NCBI GenBank assembly: GCA_963790305.1
Contig: CAWBOC010000010.1
Location: 224,001 to 288,000 of the forward strand
Reading direction: 5' to 3'
Length of the DNA: 64,000 nt
Source: an uncultured Gemmatimonadaceae bacterium
GTDB taxonomy: Bacteria; Gemmatimonadota; Gemmatimonadetes; Gemmatimonadales; Gemmatimonadaceae
The notes under the pieces are model-generated. The model did no database searches and was not told the DNA's origin. It saw only the letters and a list, made by a program, of their open reading frames with translations. A program made the translations under genes and the position numbers. Each line of letters starts with the position of its first letter. Within the stretch, counting starts at the first letter, position 1. Shown piece by piece: positions 42,179 to 51,459 of the stretch.

Positions 42179-42999
42179 TCCGAGGTCGGCGAGGATGTCG
42201 ATGTGGTCGAGGTGATCGAGGTGACTTCACGTCGATCACCTCGACGACCTGGACGACCTCGATCACCTGTCGCCCCAACCAACCGCCACGGAAAGAAGTA
42301 CACCGCATACACGACCGCATAGACGAAAAACCCGTCCACGCGCGCGAAGTGTGCAAACGCGAAGAAGAAGATCAGCCCGTGCATGCGGAGGACGTTTCGG
42401 TAGGGGGCCATCATCATGGCTCCCTTCCTTGCGTTGGACGCTTTGCGCGCCGCGATAGCCGCAGGGGTCACCGACAAGTCGTCTTTGGACCACAGCGGTG
42501 ACTGTCTCGCGAAGCCCGCTCGCTCGGCAAGAAATGCGGCGGGGAGGAAGTGCCAGTATCGCTGCGCGACATCAACGTAAGTCGCCATCCCCGCCGACCC
42601 CACTCGGCCAGCATCGCCGCCATCGAGCGGGAAGAAGGTGTAGAGGAACTGCGAGTGGACGTAGTGAAAGCCGCCGAAGTGGACGGTGAAGAACGCGAGC
42701 ATGAAGAGGCCGCCGACGATGAGCACCGATGCGCCGACCGCGGTGGCGACCTTATGGTCGGCGAGGACCTGGCGCGTGAACGCGCTGTCTCGTGAAGCGC
42801 CGCGCGCGATGTCGATTGCGGGCCGTACGATCGTCCACACGATCATCGCGTAGCCGACGACAAAGCTCGAGAGCCAAAGACTCCAGACGAGATCGGTCGT
42901 CGTCCACCCGGCGATCCACGCGACGCCGAGTCCCAGAACGAATGCGAGGGCATCCGGCCAGGCGGAGAGCCAGCTTGGGCGTGTGTCCTCTGTTGTCAT
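42160..42999 (-). CDS. Multi-pass membrane protein (possibly DUF6498-like); C-terminus runs through a repeat
   Basis: ATG 42999; several TM segments; AFFTVHFGGFHYVH, MMAPYRNVLRMH. Confidence 0.72.
   Translation of the reverse strand: MTTEDTRPSWLSAWPDALAFVLGLGVAWIAGWTTTDLVWSLWLSSFVVGYAMIVWTIVRPAIDIARGASRDSAFTRQVLADHKVATAVGASVLIVGGLFMLAFFTVHFGGFHYVHSQFLYTFFPLDGGDAGRVGSAGMATYVDVAQRYWHFLPAAFLAERAGFARQSPLWSKDDLSVTPAAIAARKASNARKGAMMMAPYRNVLRMHGLIFFFAFAHFARVDGFFVYAVVYAVYFFPWRLVGATGDRGRPGRRGDRREVTSITSTTSTSSPTSDYQAIP
42180..42267. repeat. Palindrome with tandem 9-mer arms (GTCGAGGTN type)
   Basis: gtcgatgtggtcgaggtgatcgaggtg...cgatcacctcgacgacctggacgacctcga; same family as 61388-61466. Confidence 0.75.
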
Positions 43000-43101
43000 G
43001 GGCGGTGAGGCGGGATATCTGTGTGAGGCGGGTATCGATTCGACTGGCCGGGTTGGGAGGAGGTAACTGTTCGTGCGCGACGAGCCCTTTAAGGGCGTTA
43101 G

Positions 43102-43509
43102 CAACTGGCACATCTCCAGCACGCGGTCGAGTGGCTCCAGCGTCAGCTCCAGGCGGACCCAGGTCGACGCGAGCATCGATATTGGCTTGGCAGCGCGCTG
43201 TACGATCTCGCCCGGTGGCGCGAGGCAGACGCGGTGTTTAACGCCCTTTACCGGGACTTTCCCGATCGCGCCCAGTATCGGGGCCTTGCCGCCCTCACTC
43301 GGGCCCGGCGGGGAGACCCTCGTGGCGCCGCGCGGTTGTTAGGCGACCCGCCGCGCCACGCGCGTGGGGAGCACACGACCTTCCAGGCCCGGCTCGCGGC
43401 GATCGCCGGTGATACAGTTGCCGCGCGGACACTGTACCAGCGGGCGCGCGGCGAGATCGCGCCGGGCTTTGCGTGGCTGCACGCGTCGGGGTTCCGGGAC
43501 TTGAGATAG
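43102..43509 (+). pseudogene. Start-less fragment of a TPR-like helical protein
   Basis: Open frame after TAG 43099-43101: AVEWLQRQLQADPGRREHRYWLGSALYDLARWREADAVFNAL...; no early start codon. Confidence 0.5.
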
Positions 43510-43542
43510 TCCAGGCTCACGCGCAACGAGCTTGAAGAGCGG

Positions 43543-43673
43543 TAGCACAGAGACACACAGAGACATCACACGGAGACACAGAGGAACTTTAGCGGCGGAG
43601 GCTTTTCCCAAAAGCCTTGCAGTTGCAGTCCTTCGTGTGTCTCTGTGCGATGTCTCTGTGTGTCTCTGTGCTA
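43543..43673. repeat. Palindromic element, family B copy 2 (CACAGAGACA arms)
   Basis: About 38 bp inverted arms; core 43593-43623 is a reverse-complement relative of 17208-17238. Confidence 0.85.
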
Positions 43674-43702
43674 TTGCTCTTCCGGCTCGTTGCGCGATAG
43701 AA

Positions 43703-44170
43703 TCAACGGCCCCCGACCATCGAGGCCGGCGCCCGCACCGCCACAACGTGCGCCCGCGCGCATTCCATGCCGTCGGCACTCAAGCTGACCTCGACCACAA
43801 CCTTGCGTTCCCCCACGTCTGCCGGCTTCGCGCGCAGCAGGAGCTCCGGGCCCAGCGGAGTGGGGCGTAGAAAGTCCACGCGCAGTGACGCGGTCACGAA
43901 GCGCGGTGTCGGGTCGTGGCCGGGTCGCAAGCCGGCGGCGACGAGCGATGCACCGGCAGCCGTTGCCATCGCGTGGCAATCGGCGAGCGACGCGATCAGC
44001 CCTCCGTACACGAATCCCGGCAAGGCCATGTGGTACGGCGCCGGGATGAATCGCGCGAGCGCCTCCCCGTCTCTCCACTCGCTCTTGACGTGCAGGCCGT
44101 TCGTGTTGAGTCGGCCGCATCCATAGCAATGGGAGAAGTCGTCGGGGTAGAGATCCTGAAGCATGCTCAT
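43703..44170 (-). CDS. PaaI-family hotdog-fold thioesterase
   Basis: HCYGCG, PGFVYGGLIASLADCH, FVTASLRVDFLRPTP. Confidence 0.88.
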   Translation of the reverse strand: MSMLQDLYPDDFSHCYGCGRLNTNGLHVKSEWRDGEALARFIPAPYHMALPGFVYGGLIASLADCHAMATAAGASLVAAGLRPGHDPTPRFVTASLRVDFLRPTPLGPELLLRAKPADVGERKVVVEVSLSADGMECARAHVVAVRAPASMVGGR

Positions 44171-44182
44171 GTCAGAATCACC

Positions 44183-45823
44183 TCACGGCGCTCTGACGAG
44201 CTCGAGCACGTGGATCTCCAGGGGAGCAATCGACGCGAGCGGACGATAGGCCTGCATCCGCCCATTATTCCCCACGCGCAGCGACTGGCCGGCAGGACCG
44301 CCTAACAGGCTGACCAGCCTGTAGCGTCCCGCCGGCACGGCGCTCTCGGGTGACGCCACCGACATGCCGACGAGTGGCGTCGTACCGAGATTGGCGATGA
44401 CGAGCACGACTTTGTCGCCGGCGCGACGCAGGTACGCGGCGGCGGCGTCACTCGTTGCCGTGAGGGGAACGAGCTCTCCGCCCCCTAACGCATCGTGCGC
44501 GCCGCGGAGGTGAATGAGCCGTCGGTGGAGGTTGAGCAGCGACGTGGGATCGCCATCCAGCGTTTCGACGTTCGCCGTCATCGAGTCCGGCATGAGCGGC
44601 TCCCACGGTGCGCCGCTGGTGAAGCCGGCCGCGGGTCCGCGACTCCAGTGCATTGGCGTGCGCAGCCGCGGATCGGGCTTGTCGCCCGTCATGCCTATTT
44701 CCTCCCCGTAGTACACGAACGGGAGCCCCGGCAGTGTCAGCAGCAGCGCGACCGCCAGCTTGTTGCGAGCGACGTCGCCCTTGAGCTCCGTCAGCGTGCG
44801 CGTCTGGTCGTGATTCCTGAGGAAGGGCGACCATCGCTCGGCAGGGACTGCGCGCTGCAATCTCACATAGGGCTCGAAAAGCTTCTTCGCCGAGCCGGTG
44901 CGGACCGCCTCGAGCAGCGCATCGGAGGCCGCGAAGGCGAAATGCGAATCGAGCTGATCCGGATAATAGGGAAGCATGGAGCCCACGCTGTCCCAGACCT
45001 CGCCCACCGTGTAGGCGTTAGGCGCGACACGGCGGATGTGCGCCGCGTACTCGCGAAGGAGTGCGTGTGTGCCTGGCGTCCCCGCGAGCCGGTTCCCCTC
45101 CTCCACGAGATACGGGATCGCATCGAGACGGAAGCCGTCGACGCCCATCTCCTGGAGCCAGAACGTCGCCACCTTCTTCGCCTCCTCGCGCGCGGCGGGA
45201 TGCTCGTAGTTCAGGTCCGGCATCCCGTGCCAGAAGATCCCATAGTAGTACTCATCGCGTACGGGCGACTTGTGCCACACCTCCTGTCCCCACGGTCCTT
45301 TGATGTCAGGCTTCGTCGCCGACCAGCGGAACCAGTTTCGATACGGCGAGGCGGGATTGAGCTGCGCGTCCTTGAAGTATGGATGCTCGTTCGAGGCATG
45401 GTTGAGCACCATGTCCACGAGGACACGGATGCCACGACGATGCGCCTCGGTGACCAGGCGCTTGAAGTCCTCGTTGGTTCCGAACTCGGGATTGACGCGG
45501 TAGTAGTTCTTGACGTCGTAGCCGTGGTAGCTCGGCGAGGCGGCTACGGGCATGAGCCAGATACATCGCGCGCCAAGGTCGCGACGCATATCGGGCGTGC
45601 CGTCGTTGATGTAGTCGAGCTTCTCGATCAGCCCGTTGATGTCGCCGATCCCGTCGCCGTCGCTGTCGTAGAACGATCGGACGAAGATCTCGTAGCAGAC
45701 CGCGCCGCGCTTCCAGTCGGCTGAGCGCGCTGCCGTGGCGGCCTGTGCGGCGCAGGGGATGATCCCGGCAGCAAGCGTGAGACACCAGGCAATGAAGGCA
45801 ATTCGCTCCATGAGCTCCCTCAC
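44183..45823 (-). CDS. GH13 alpha-amylase-family glycosidase with signal peptide
   Basis: YEIFVRSFYDSDGDGIGD, SYHGYD, DMVLNH, DGFRLDA, VGEVW, FLRNHDQ, YYGEEIGM. Confidence 0.92.
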   Translation of the reverse strand: MRELMERIAFIAWCLTLAAGIIPCAAQAATAARSADWKRGAVCYEIFVRSFYDSDGDGIGDINGLIEKLDYINDGTPDMRRDLGARCIWLMPVAASPSYHGYDVKNYYRVNPEFGTNEDFKRLVTEAHRRGIRVLVDMVLNHASNEHPYFKDAQLNPASPYRNWFRWSATKPDIKGPWGQEVWHKSPVRDEYYYGIFWHGMPDLNYEHPAAREEAKKVATFWLQEMGVDGFRLDAIPYLVEEGNRLAGTPGTHALLREYAAHIRRVAPNAYTVGEVWDSVGSMLPYYPDQLDSHFAFAASDALLEAVRTGSAKKLFEPYVRLQRAVPAERWSPFLRNHDQTRTLTELKGDVARNKLAVALLLTLPGLPFVYYGEEIGMTGDKPDPRLRTPMHWSRGPAAGFTSGAPWEPLMPDSMTANVETLDGDPTSLLNLHRRLIHLRGAHDALGGGELVPLTATSDAAAAYLRRAGDKVVLVIANLGTTPLVGMSVASPESAVPAGRYRLVSLLGGPAGQSLRVGNNGRMQAYRPLASIAPLEIHVLELVRAP

Positions 45824-46902
45824 AGGTACGATCGACCGTCTGCACCGAACAGATGCACACGCTCGGCGCGTATGAGTACTCGGATTTCTTCGCCAGCTTC
45901 CGGGACTGAATCGTTCGAGACGGCAGCCATGAGACGGTGCGGGCCGGCGTCGAAGTGAACATGCGTGGTACCGCCCAAACGTTCCACCAGCACGACACGC
46001 CCCGCCAGCGCGCTCCCTGCGACTCCGCCCGAATCAATCACCAGATCTTCCGGCCGCACGCCGAGCGTAGTGGGCTCCGCCCCGGCCGGTGGCGCAGCGC
46101 GGGTCTGTGCCAGCCTGATCCGTGCGCCATCGGCAAGGAAGACGAGCTCGTTGCCGTCGCGCCGCACGTGGCCTTCAACGAAGTTCATGCGGGGCGTTCC
46201 AATGAAGCCGGCGACGAAGCGATTGGCGGGCGCGCGGTAAATATCGATCGGCCGCCCGATCTGCTGGATGTGGCCATCCGCCAGCACGACGATCCGGTCT
46301 CCGAGCGTCATCGCTTCGACCTGATCGTGCGTGACGTAGACGGTCGTCGTATTCAGCCGCCGCTGCAGCCCGCCGATCTCGATCCGCATTTGCGCGCGAA
46401 GTCCGGCGTCGAGGTTCGACAGTGGCTCGTCGAACAGAAACACCTTGGGCTCGCGCACCATGGCACGCCCCATCGCTACGCGCTGTCGCTGTCCGCCGGA
46501 GAGCTGCTTGGGCTTCCGATCGAGCAGCGGCTCGAGTCCCAGAATTCCTCCGGCCCACGCAATGCGGCGATCGATCTCTGGTCGCGCAACTTTCTTGAGC
46601 CGCAGGCCAAGCGAGAGATTCTCCCGAACCGTCATGTGGGGATACAGCCCGTAGTCCTGAAACACCATCGCCACATCGCGGTCGCGCGGCGGCAGCGCGG
46701 TGACGTCGCGCCCGTCGATGCGAATGGTCCCGGTCGACACGGTCTCGAGCCCCGCCAGCATACGAAGGATCGTGGATTTTCCTGACCCCGACCCGCCGAC
46801 GAGGACCAGCAGCTCGCCATCGGCCACGTCGAGGGTGAAATCCTCGACGACGGTGGTTTCCCCGAATCGCTTCGTGACGTGCTCGAAAGAGACTGACGGC
46901 AT
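45820..46902 (-). CDS. Sugar ABC transporter ATP-binding subunit (MalK/UgpC family)
   Basis: GGSGSGKST, LSGGQRQRVAMGRA, FDEPLSNLDA, YVTHDQVEAMTL. Confidence 0.94.
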   Translation of the reverse strand: MPSVSFEHVTKRFGETTVVEDFTLDVADGELLVLVGGSGSGKSTILRMLAGLETVSTGTIRIDGRDVTALPPRDRDVAMVFQDYGLYPHMTVRENLSLGLRLKKVARPEIDRRIAWAGGILGLEPLLDRKPKQLSGGQRQRVAMGRAMVREPKVFLFDEPLSNLDAGLRAQMRIEIGGLQRRLNTTTVYVTHDQVEAMTLGDRIVVLADGHIQQIGRPIDIYRAPANRFVAGFIGTPRMNFVEGHVRRDGNELVFLADGARIRLAQTRAAPPAGAEPTTLGVRPEDLVIDSGGVAGSALAGRVVLVERLGGTTHVHFDAGPHRLMAAVSNDSVPEAGEEIRVLIRAERVHLFGADGRSYL

Positions 46903-46935
46903 CTCGTGGGGGGTTCTGTGATCTCGTATGGCCTG

Positions 46936-47198
46936 AACTGCGAACTGCGCTCCAGGCATCCAGGTTCAAAGTTGCGACGCGGATTACGCGGATTTAGCGG
47001 ATCAGGCGGATCGCTCCCCGCGCCAAGAGCTCTCCACGCGCAAGAGCAAAAGCCATTGTTGTCAAACAAAAACTGTTTGCTGCCGTCGAGGAGAGTTGCA
47101 TGCGCGCAACGTCATCAGCGTTATCCGCTAGATCCGCGTGATCCGCGTCCCAACTTTGAACCTGGATGCCCGGAGCTCGCATCTCGCAGTTCGCAGTT
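46936..47198. repeat. MITE-like family A copy 3 (46955-47170) nested inside a 14-bp perfect inverted pair
   Basis: ggcatccaggttcaaagttg...caactttgaacctggatgcc; outer aactgcgaactgcg (46936-46949) / cgcagttcgcagtt (47185-47198). Confidence 0.88.
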
Positions 47199-48012
47199 AG
47201 CCTTTAGTCCCTGACCCCGCCATGCTTTCGATGAAATAGCGTTGCAGGAAAGCGTACGCGATCACGACGGGCACGACCAGAACCATTGCCGAGGCGAGCG
47301 ATACCCCAAGCGATCCGGCTCCCCCGCCGAGCGCGAATACCGTGAGCAGTTGTGGCAACGTCATGAGCTGCTGCTCCCGTACCACGAGAAGAGGCCAGAG
47401 TACTTCGTTCCACGAGCCCATGAAGGTGAATATCGCGACGATCGCGAGCACCGGCTTGGCGAGCGGCCAGAACACCGTGAACAGGATCCGCATCTCCCCC
47501 ATGCCGTCCATGCGTGCCGAGTCGATGAGCGACTGCGGAATCTGAAGAAAGAACTGCCGCAGCATGAGCACCGCCGTCGCGTTGAACAAGTAGGGGACGA
47601 TGAGCGCCGCGTACGTGTCTATCCAGCCGACTTTCACGATCAGCGTATACAGAGGTATGAGGGTCAGCTGCCCGGGGATGAGCAGTACCGCGATCGTGAC
47701 GGCGTTGAGCAGCGGCGCCCCTCGAAAGCGCAACCGCGCCATCGCGTAGGCGGTGATCGAGCCGAGGAGGAGGACCGCCACCGTGATGGTCGTGGCGACG
47801 AATGCGCTGTTGAGGAGCGCCCGACCGAACGGCGCGCGCGCCCACATGGTGCGGTAGTTGTCGAGCGTGATCCGATCAGGGATCAGCTCGAGCGTGCCGA
47901 CCTCGAACGGTGGCTTGAGCGTGCTCGACACCATCCAGAGGAACGGATAGATGAAGGTGAGGGCGGCGAGCGTGAGCGCCGCGTAGAGGCCCACTCGGCC
48001 GAGTGCTTTCAC
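47197..48012 (-). CDS. Carbohydrate ABC transporter permease (MalG-like)
   Basis: IPQSLIDSARMDG EAA-type motif; FMGSWNEVLWP. Confidence 0.92.
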   Translation of the reverse strand: MKALGRVGLYAALTLAALTFIYPFLWMVSSTLKPPFEVGTLELIPDRITLDNYRTMWARAPFGRALLNSAFVATTITVAVLLLGSITAYAMARLRFRGAPLLNAVTIAVLLIPGQLTLIPLYTLIVKVGWIDTYAALIVPYLFNATAVLMLRQFFLQIPQSLIDSARMDGMGEMRILFTVFWPLAKPVLAIVAIFTFMGSWNEVLWPLLVVREQQLMTLPQLLTVFALGGGAGSLGVSLASAMVLVVPVVIAYAFLQRYFIESMAGSGTKG

Positions 48013-48872
48013 AGCGCCTCCGCCTTGCCGATCAGGCGGCGCTGGGCGAAAACGACCATGCCGATGATCACCGCCAGCGCGACGCCGATCGTGGCCGCAT
48101 ATCCCATCTTCTGATAGGAGAAGGCGTTCGTGTAGAGATAGAGGACGATGGAATACGTGCGTCGCAGCGGGCCGCCGCCGGTCATCACGTAGGGCTCAAT
48201 GAAGAGCTGGAAGCCGTTGATGGTCGAGAGCGTGACGACGAGAATCGTCTGCGGAAGGAGCAGCGGAAGCGTGACGTGCCGGAATCGTTGCCAGGCAGTG
48301 GCGCCTTCGAGCTCGATCGCCTCCAGGCAGCTTCTCGGGATGTACTGCAAGCCCGCGAGGTAGATGATCACGTAAAAGCCCACATTCTTCCACGTCACCA
48401 TCGCGGCGATCGCGGGCATCGCCGTGAGCGGATTGGTGAGCCACGCCACGGGCGCGAGTCCAACCTTCACGAGCAATCGGTTGATCAGCCCGACGTCGGT
48501 GGCGTAGAGCGCGCTCCAGAGAATGGCGACAACGGCGCCGGAGATCACGACCGGCAGGAAGAAGGCGGCGCGCCAGAATGCGCGAAGGGCGAGCGGTCGA
48601 TTGAGCGCAAGGGCGAGCGCCAGCGCGGTCATGATCTGCAGCGGCAGGTGGATGCTCAGAAACACAAAGGTGTTCCCTACGGCGCGCCAGAAGCGCCCGT
48701 CATTCGCGAGCAACCGAATGTTGTCGGCGCCCGCGAAGGCGGGGTCGGTCACGAGGTCCCACCGCATGAACACGAGCACCAGCGCGAACGCGATCGGATA
48801 CGCCGCGAAGGCGAGGAGAAAGGCGACGTAGGGCGCCGACAGGAGCCACCCGGAGCGCTCTTCAGCGCGCAT
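48009..48872 (-). CDS. Carbohydrate ABC transporter permease (MalF-like)
   Basis: WKNVGFYVIIYLAGLQYIP, FRHVTLPLL, MTGGGP. Confidence 0.92.
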   Translation of the reverse strand: MRAEERSGWLLSAPYVAFLLAFAAYPIAFALVLVFMRWDLVTDPAFAGADNIRLLANDGRFWRAVGNTFVFLSIHLPLQIMTALALALALNRPLALRAFWRAAFFLPVVISGAVVAILWSALYATDVGLINRLLVKVGLAPVAWLTNPLTAMPAIAAMVTWKNVGFYVIIYLAGLQYIPRSCLEAIELEGATAWQRFRHVTLPLLLPQTILVVTLSTINGFQLFIEPYVMTGGGPLRRTYSIVLYLYTNAFSYQKMGYAATIGVALAVIIGMVVFAQRRLIGKAEAL

Positions 48873-51459
48873 CGAGAAGCCGTTGGGCTTCGGTGGCGGC
48901 CCTCGTTAGGGCCTCCCGGACGGGTCGCGTGCCGTACACCGCAGCCTCTTCGTATGCTTCCGACAGGAGGTCGAAGATCTCGACGATGTCGGGATCGAGG
49001 TCGAGATCGCGCGTGCGGCCAACGTACGTGGCGTAGGTGACGAGCGTGGGCCAGCGTGCGAGCGCGGCAGCAAAACGGGGGTCCCCGGCGAGTCCGGCGC
49101 GGTATGGCAGCTGACTCGCGTGCTCGATCAGCAGACGGTCAGCGGCAGGAGAGGTGAGGTATGCAACGAACCGCGCGGCGGCATCCGGATGTCTGGTCGT
49201 AGAGAAGATCGCGATGCTGCGGAGATCGGCGAAGGCGAAGCGATCGTTGGGACTCGTTCCGTCCGCGGCAGGAACTGGGGCGACGTCGTACCGCAGTCCG
49301 GGAACCTTGAGCTCGTTCAGCTCCCGCACGAACCACGGACCGATGATCTTCATCGCGACCGTGCCATCGACGAACGGGTCTCGGCCTAACGAAAAATTCG
49401 CGCGAGGCAGGCTTCCCTCATCGAACCCGCTGCGCAGGACCTCGAGAGCGGCGACCGCCGCGGCGTTGTCGAACGTCACCTTCCCATCGGCGACCAGCGT
49501 TCGGCCGCCGGAGCTGGCGAGGTACAATGGGTAGAAATCGTAGAAGCGCTCGAACCAGGTCGTCTTGAGGCCGGCCCAGAACGGCCACCGATCGATGCGG
49601 CCGTCGCCATCGGTATCGCGAGCAAGACGGCGGAAGGCATGGAGGAGCTCGCTGTGCGTACGCGGGGGCTCGAGCCCGGCTGCCGCCAGGAGATCCACGT
49701 TGTACATCAGCATCTCGGGATTCGTCTTCCACGGAAACGCATAGATCCCGCCGTCGGGCAGGCGGAGCGACGCGAGCATCGCCGCGTTCGTGCGCTCGCG
49801 CAGCCGAGCCGCCGTCGCGACGCGATCGTCGAGGCGAACGACGCTTCCGGCCCGGACCAGTCGTGCCAGCAACGCCGATGAGACGTTCGAGCTGATGTCG
49901 GGCGTTGCCTTGGCCACGATCGCGGCGAGCAGGACCTCCTCCGACGAACGCCCGGCGGGAAGGGGCTGCACCCGTACCTGAACCGAGGGATTCTCCGCGT
50001 TCCACTGCGAAGCGAGCCGCGTGGCGAGCCACGTTTCGGAGGGGTTCGCCGCCGGCCAATAGGTCAGCGTAACGGGCGCAGCGGTCGCCCGCGATTCGAC
50101 GATCTCGATGCCTTGTGCCTGACGACTGAGCGTCAGGGGTGCCTCATCCGGTCCCTTGAACTCGCGGCGATCGGAAAGGCTGGTCAGCGATGCCGCAGGG
50201 CCATCGGTCGTGCGATACCCCAGGTATTCCATCGCCTCGGGGCTGGCACTGACGCGTTGCAGGGCGAGCAATGCCTCGATCGTGGACTCGGCGCCGGAGT
50301 TCCGATTCACCTGCTCGGCTGAAGGCCCGTCGATGCCATCGAACGTGCGACCAGTCATCTGGTCGTACATGCTCACGTGGGCCGGGTTCGCGCCGAGGAA
50401 CCATGACGCGGTCAGACCGGCGAAGACCGCATACCGACGATCGCCGGTGGCCTCGGCCAGGTCCAGGTACCCCTCGACCACCGGCCCAATCCCATACGCG
50501 ATCTGGGGGAATGACCGCACGGCACCGTTAGGCGCCACCTCCCAGGGGACTTGGCCTGCGAGCAGGAATCGTCCCCAGAGCCCATCCGCCTCCTGCCGCG
50601 CCGCCGCCAGAAGATCGGGCCGGTTTAGCGCGATGGACGTGCGCGCCAGCGCCGCCGTAGATCGGGATCCCCACGCGTGCCACGTTGCGGTTGGCTGATC
50701 CGTCCGCGCACCCCATGGCGGGGTAGTCGAGCTCCCGCGAGACAGCGGTACGAGCAGCGCCGCCATTCGGGCGGCCAGCGAGGCCAGCCGTGGCGTCGGC
50801 TCGGCCTCGTGCAGGGCGAGGATGCCGAGCAGCGCCTCCGATGTCGCGGTGGCCGATCCACCAATGAGGCGTCCACCGTCGACCTCGCGGGCCATTCGCG
50901 CGATGGCCCGATCGAGAACCGCACGGGCGCCGCTCACGGACTCCAGATCCTCAGTTCCGAGCACGCGCACCGCTTCGCCGAGCGCCCAGATGCTGCGTGC
51001 GGCCCAGTACGACATGCTCTTTCGGCTACTCGGAGCCGTGCGGTTGAGCCGGCCCCGTGCATCGATGAAGTTGATGAACTCGCCATCGCCTTGCTCCATC
51101 GCCGCGACGAAGGAGAGCAGCCCGAGCGCCTCCTCTCGCGCGCGTTGATCGCCTGTCATCTCGAAGGCGCGCAGGTACACGACCGCGGCACGGGCGGCGT
51201 CGTCCAGGCTGGCGATGCCCTCCGAGCCATCGCGTTCGGGAGAAGGCGTCGGCCGATAGTCGGGCGCTTCGGCGTACAGCGCCACGACGCGGACGGGGCG
51301 ACCATTCACTACCGCGTCGAGGCCGAGACGTCGCAGATGATCGAGCGACAGGGCGAGCGGCGGCGTAGCGGCGGGCGGCGGTCCGGACCGGGAATCCCCC
51401 GCGCACGCCGCGATGGGCGCGGCGAGGACGAGTATCCTCATCGTGCGATGGACGTTCAC
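48862..51459 (-). CDS. Lipoprotein fusing a helical catalytic-like domain to a C-terminal sugar ABC solute-binding domain
   Basis: Lipobox IAAC; N-domain LDDAARAAV, RSIWALG, NRNSGAESTIEALLAL; SBP from about 50076 downward (VTLTYW, YAFPW, YNVDLL, VAMKIIGPW). Confidence 0.8.
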   Translation of the reverse strand: MNVHRTMRILVLAAPIAACAGDSRSGPPPAATPPLALSLDHLRRLGLDAVVNGRPVRVVALYAEAPDYRPTPSPERDGSEGIASLDDAARAAVVYLRAFEMTGDQRAREEALGLLSFVAAMEQGDGEFINFIDARGRLNRTAPSSRKSMSYWAARSIWALGEAVRVLGTEDLESVSGARAVLDRAIARMAREVDGGRLIGGSATATSEALLGILALHEAEPTPRLASLAARMAALLVPLSRGSSTTPPWGARTDQPTATWHAWGSRSTAALARTSIALNRPDLLAAARQEADGLWGRFLLAGQVPWEVAPNGAVRSFPQIAYGIGPVVEGYLDLAEATGDRRYAVFAGLTASWFLGANPAHVSMYDQMTGRTFDGIDGPSAEQVNRNSGAESTIEALLALQRVSASPEAMEYLGYRTTDGPAASLTSLSDRREFKGPDEAPLTLSRQAQGIEIVESRATAAPVTLTYWPAANPSETWLATRLASQWNAENPSVQVRVQPLPAGRSSEEVLLAAIVAKATPDISSNVSSALLARLVRAGSVVRLDDRVATAARLRERTNAAMLASLRLPDGGIYAFPWKTNPEMLMYNVDLLAAAGLEPPRTHSELLHAFRRLARDTDGDGRIDRWPFWAGLKTTWFERFYDFYPLYLASSGGRTLVADGKVTFDNAAAVAALEVLRSGFDEGSLPRANFSLGRDPFVDGTVAMKIIGPWFVRELNELKVPGLRYDVAPVPAADGTSPNDRFAFADLRSIAIFSTTRHPDAAARFVAYLTSPAADRLLIEHASQLPYRAGLAGDPRFAAALARWPTLVTYATYVGRTRDLDLDPDIVEIFDLLSEAYEEAAVYGTRPVREALTRAATEAQRLLDAR

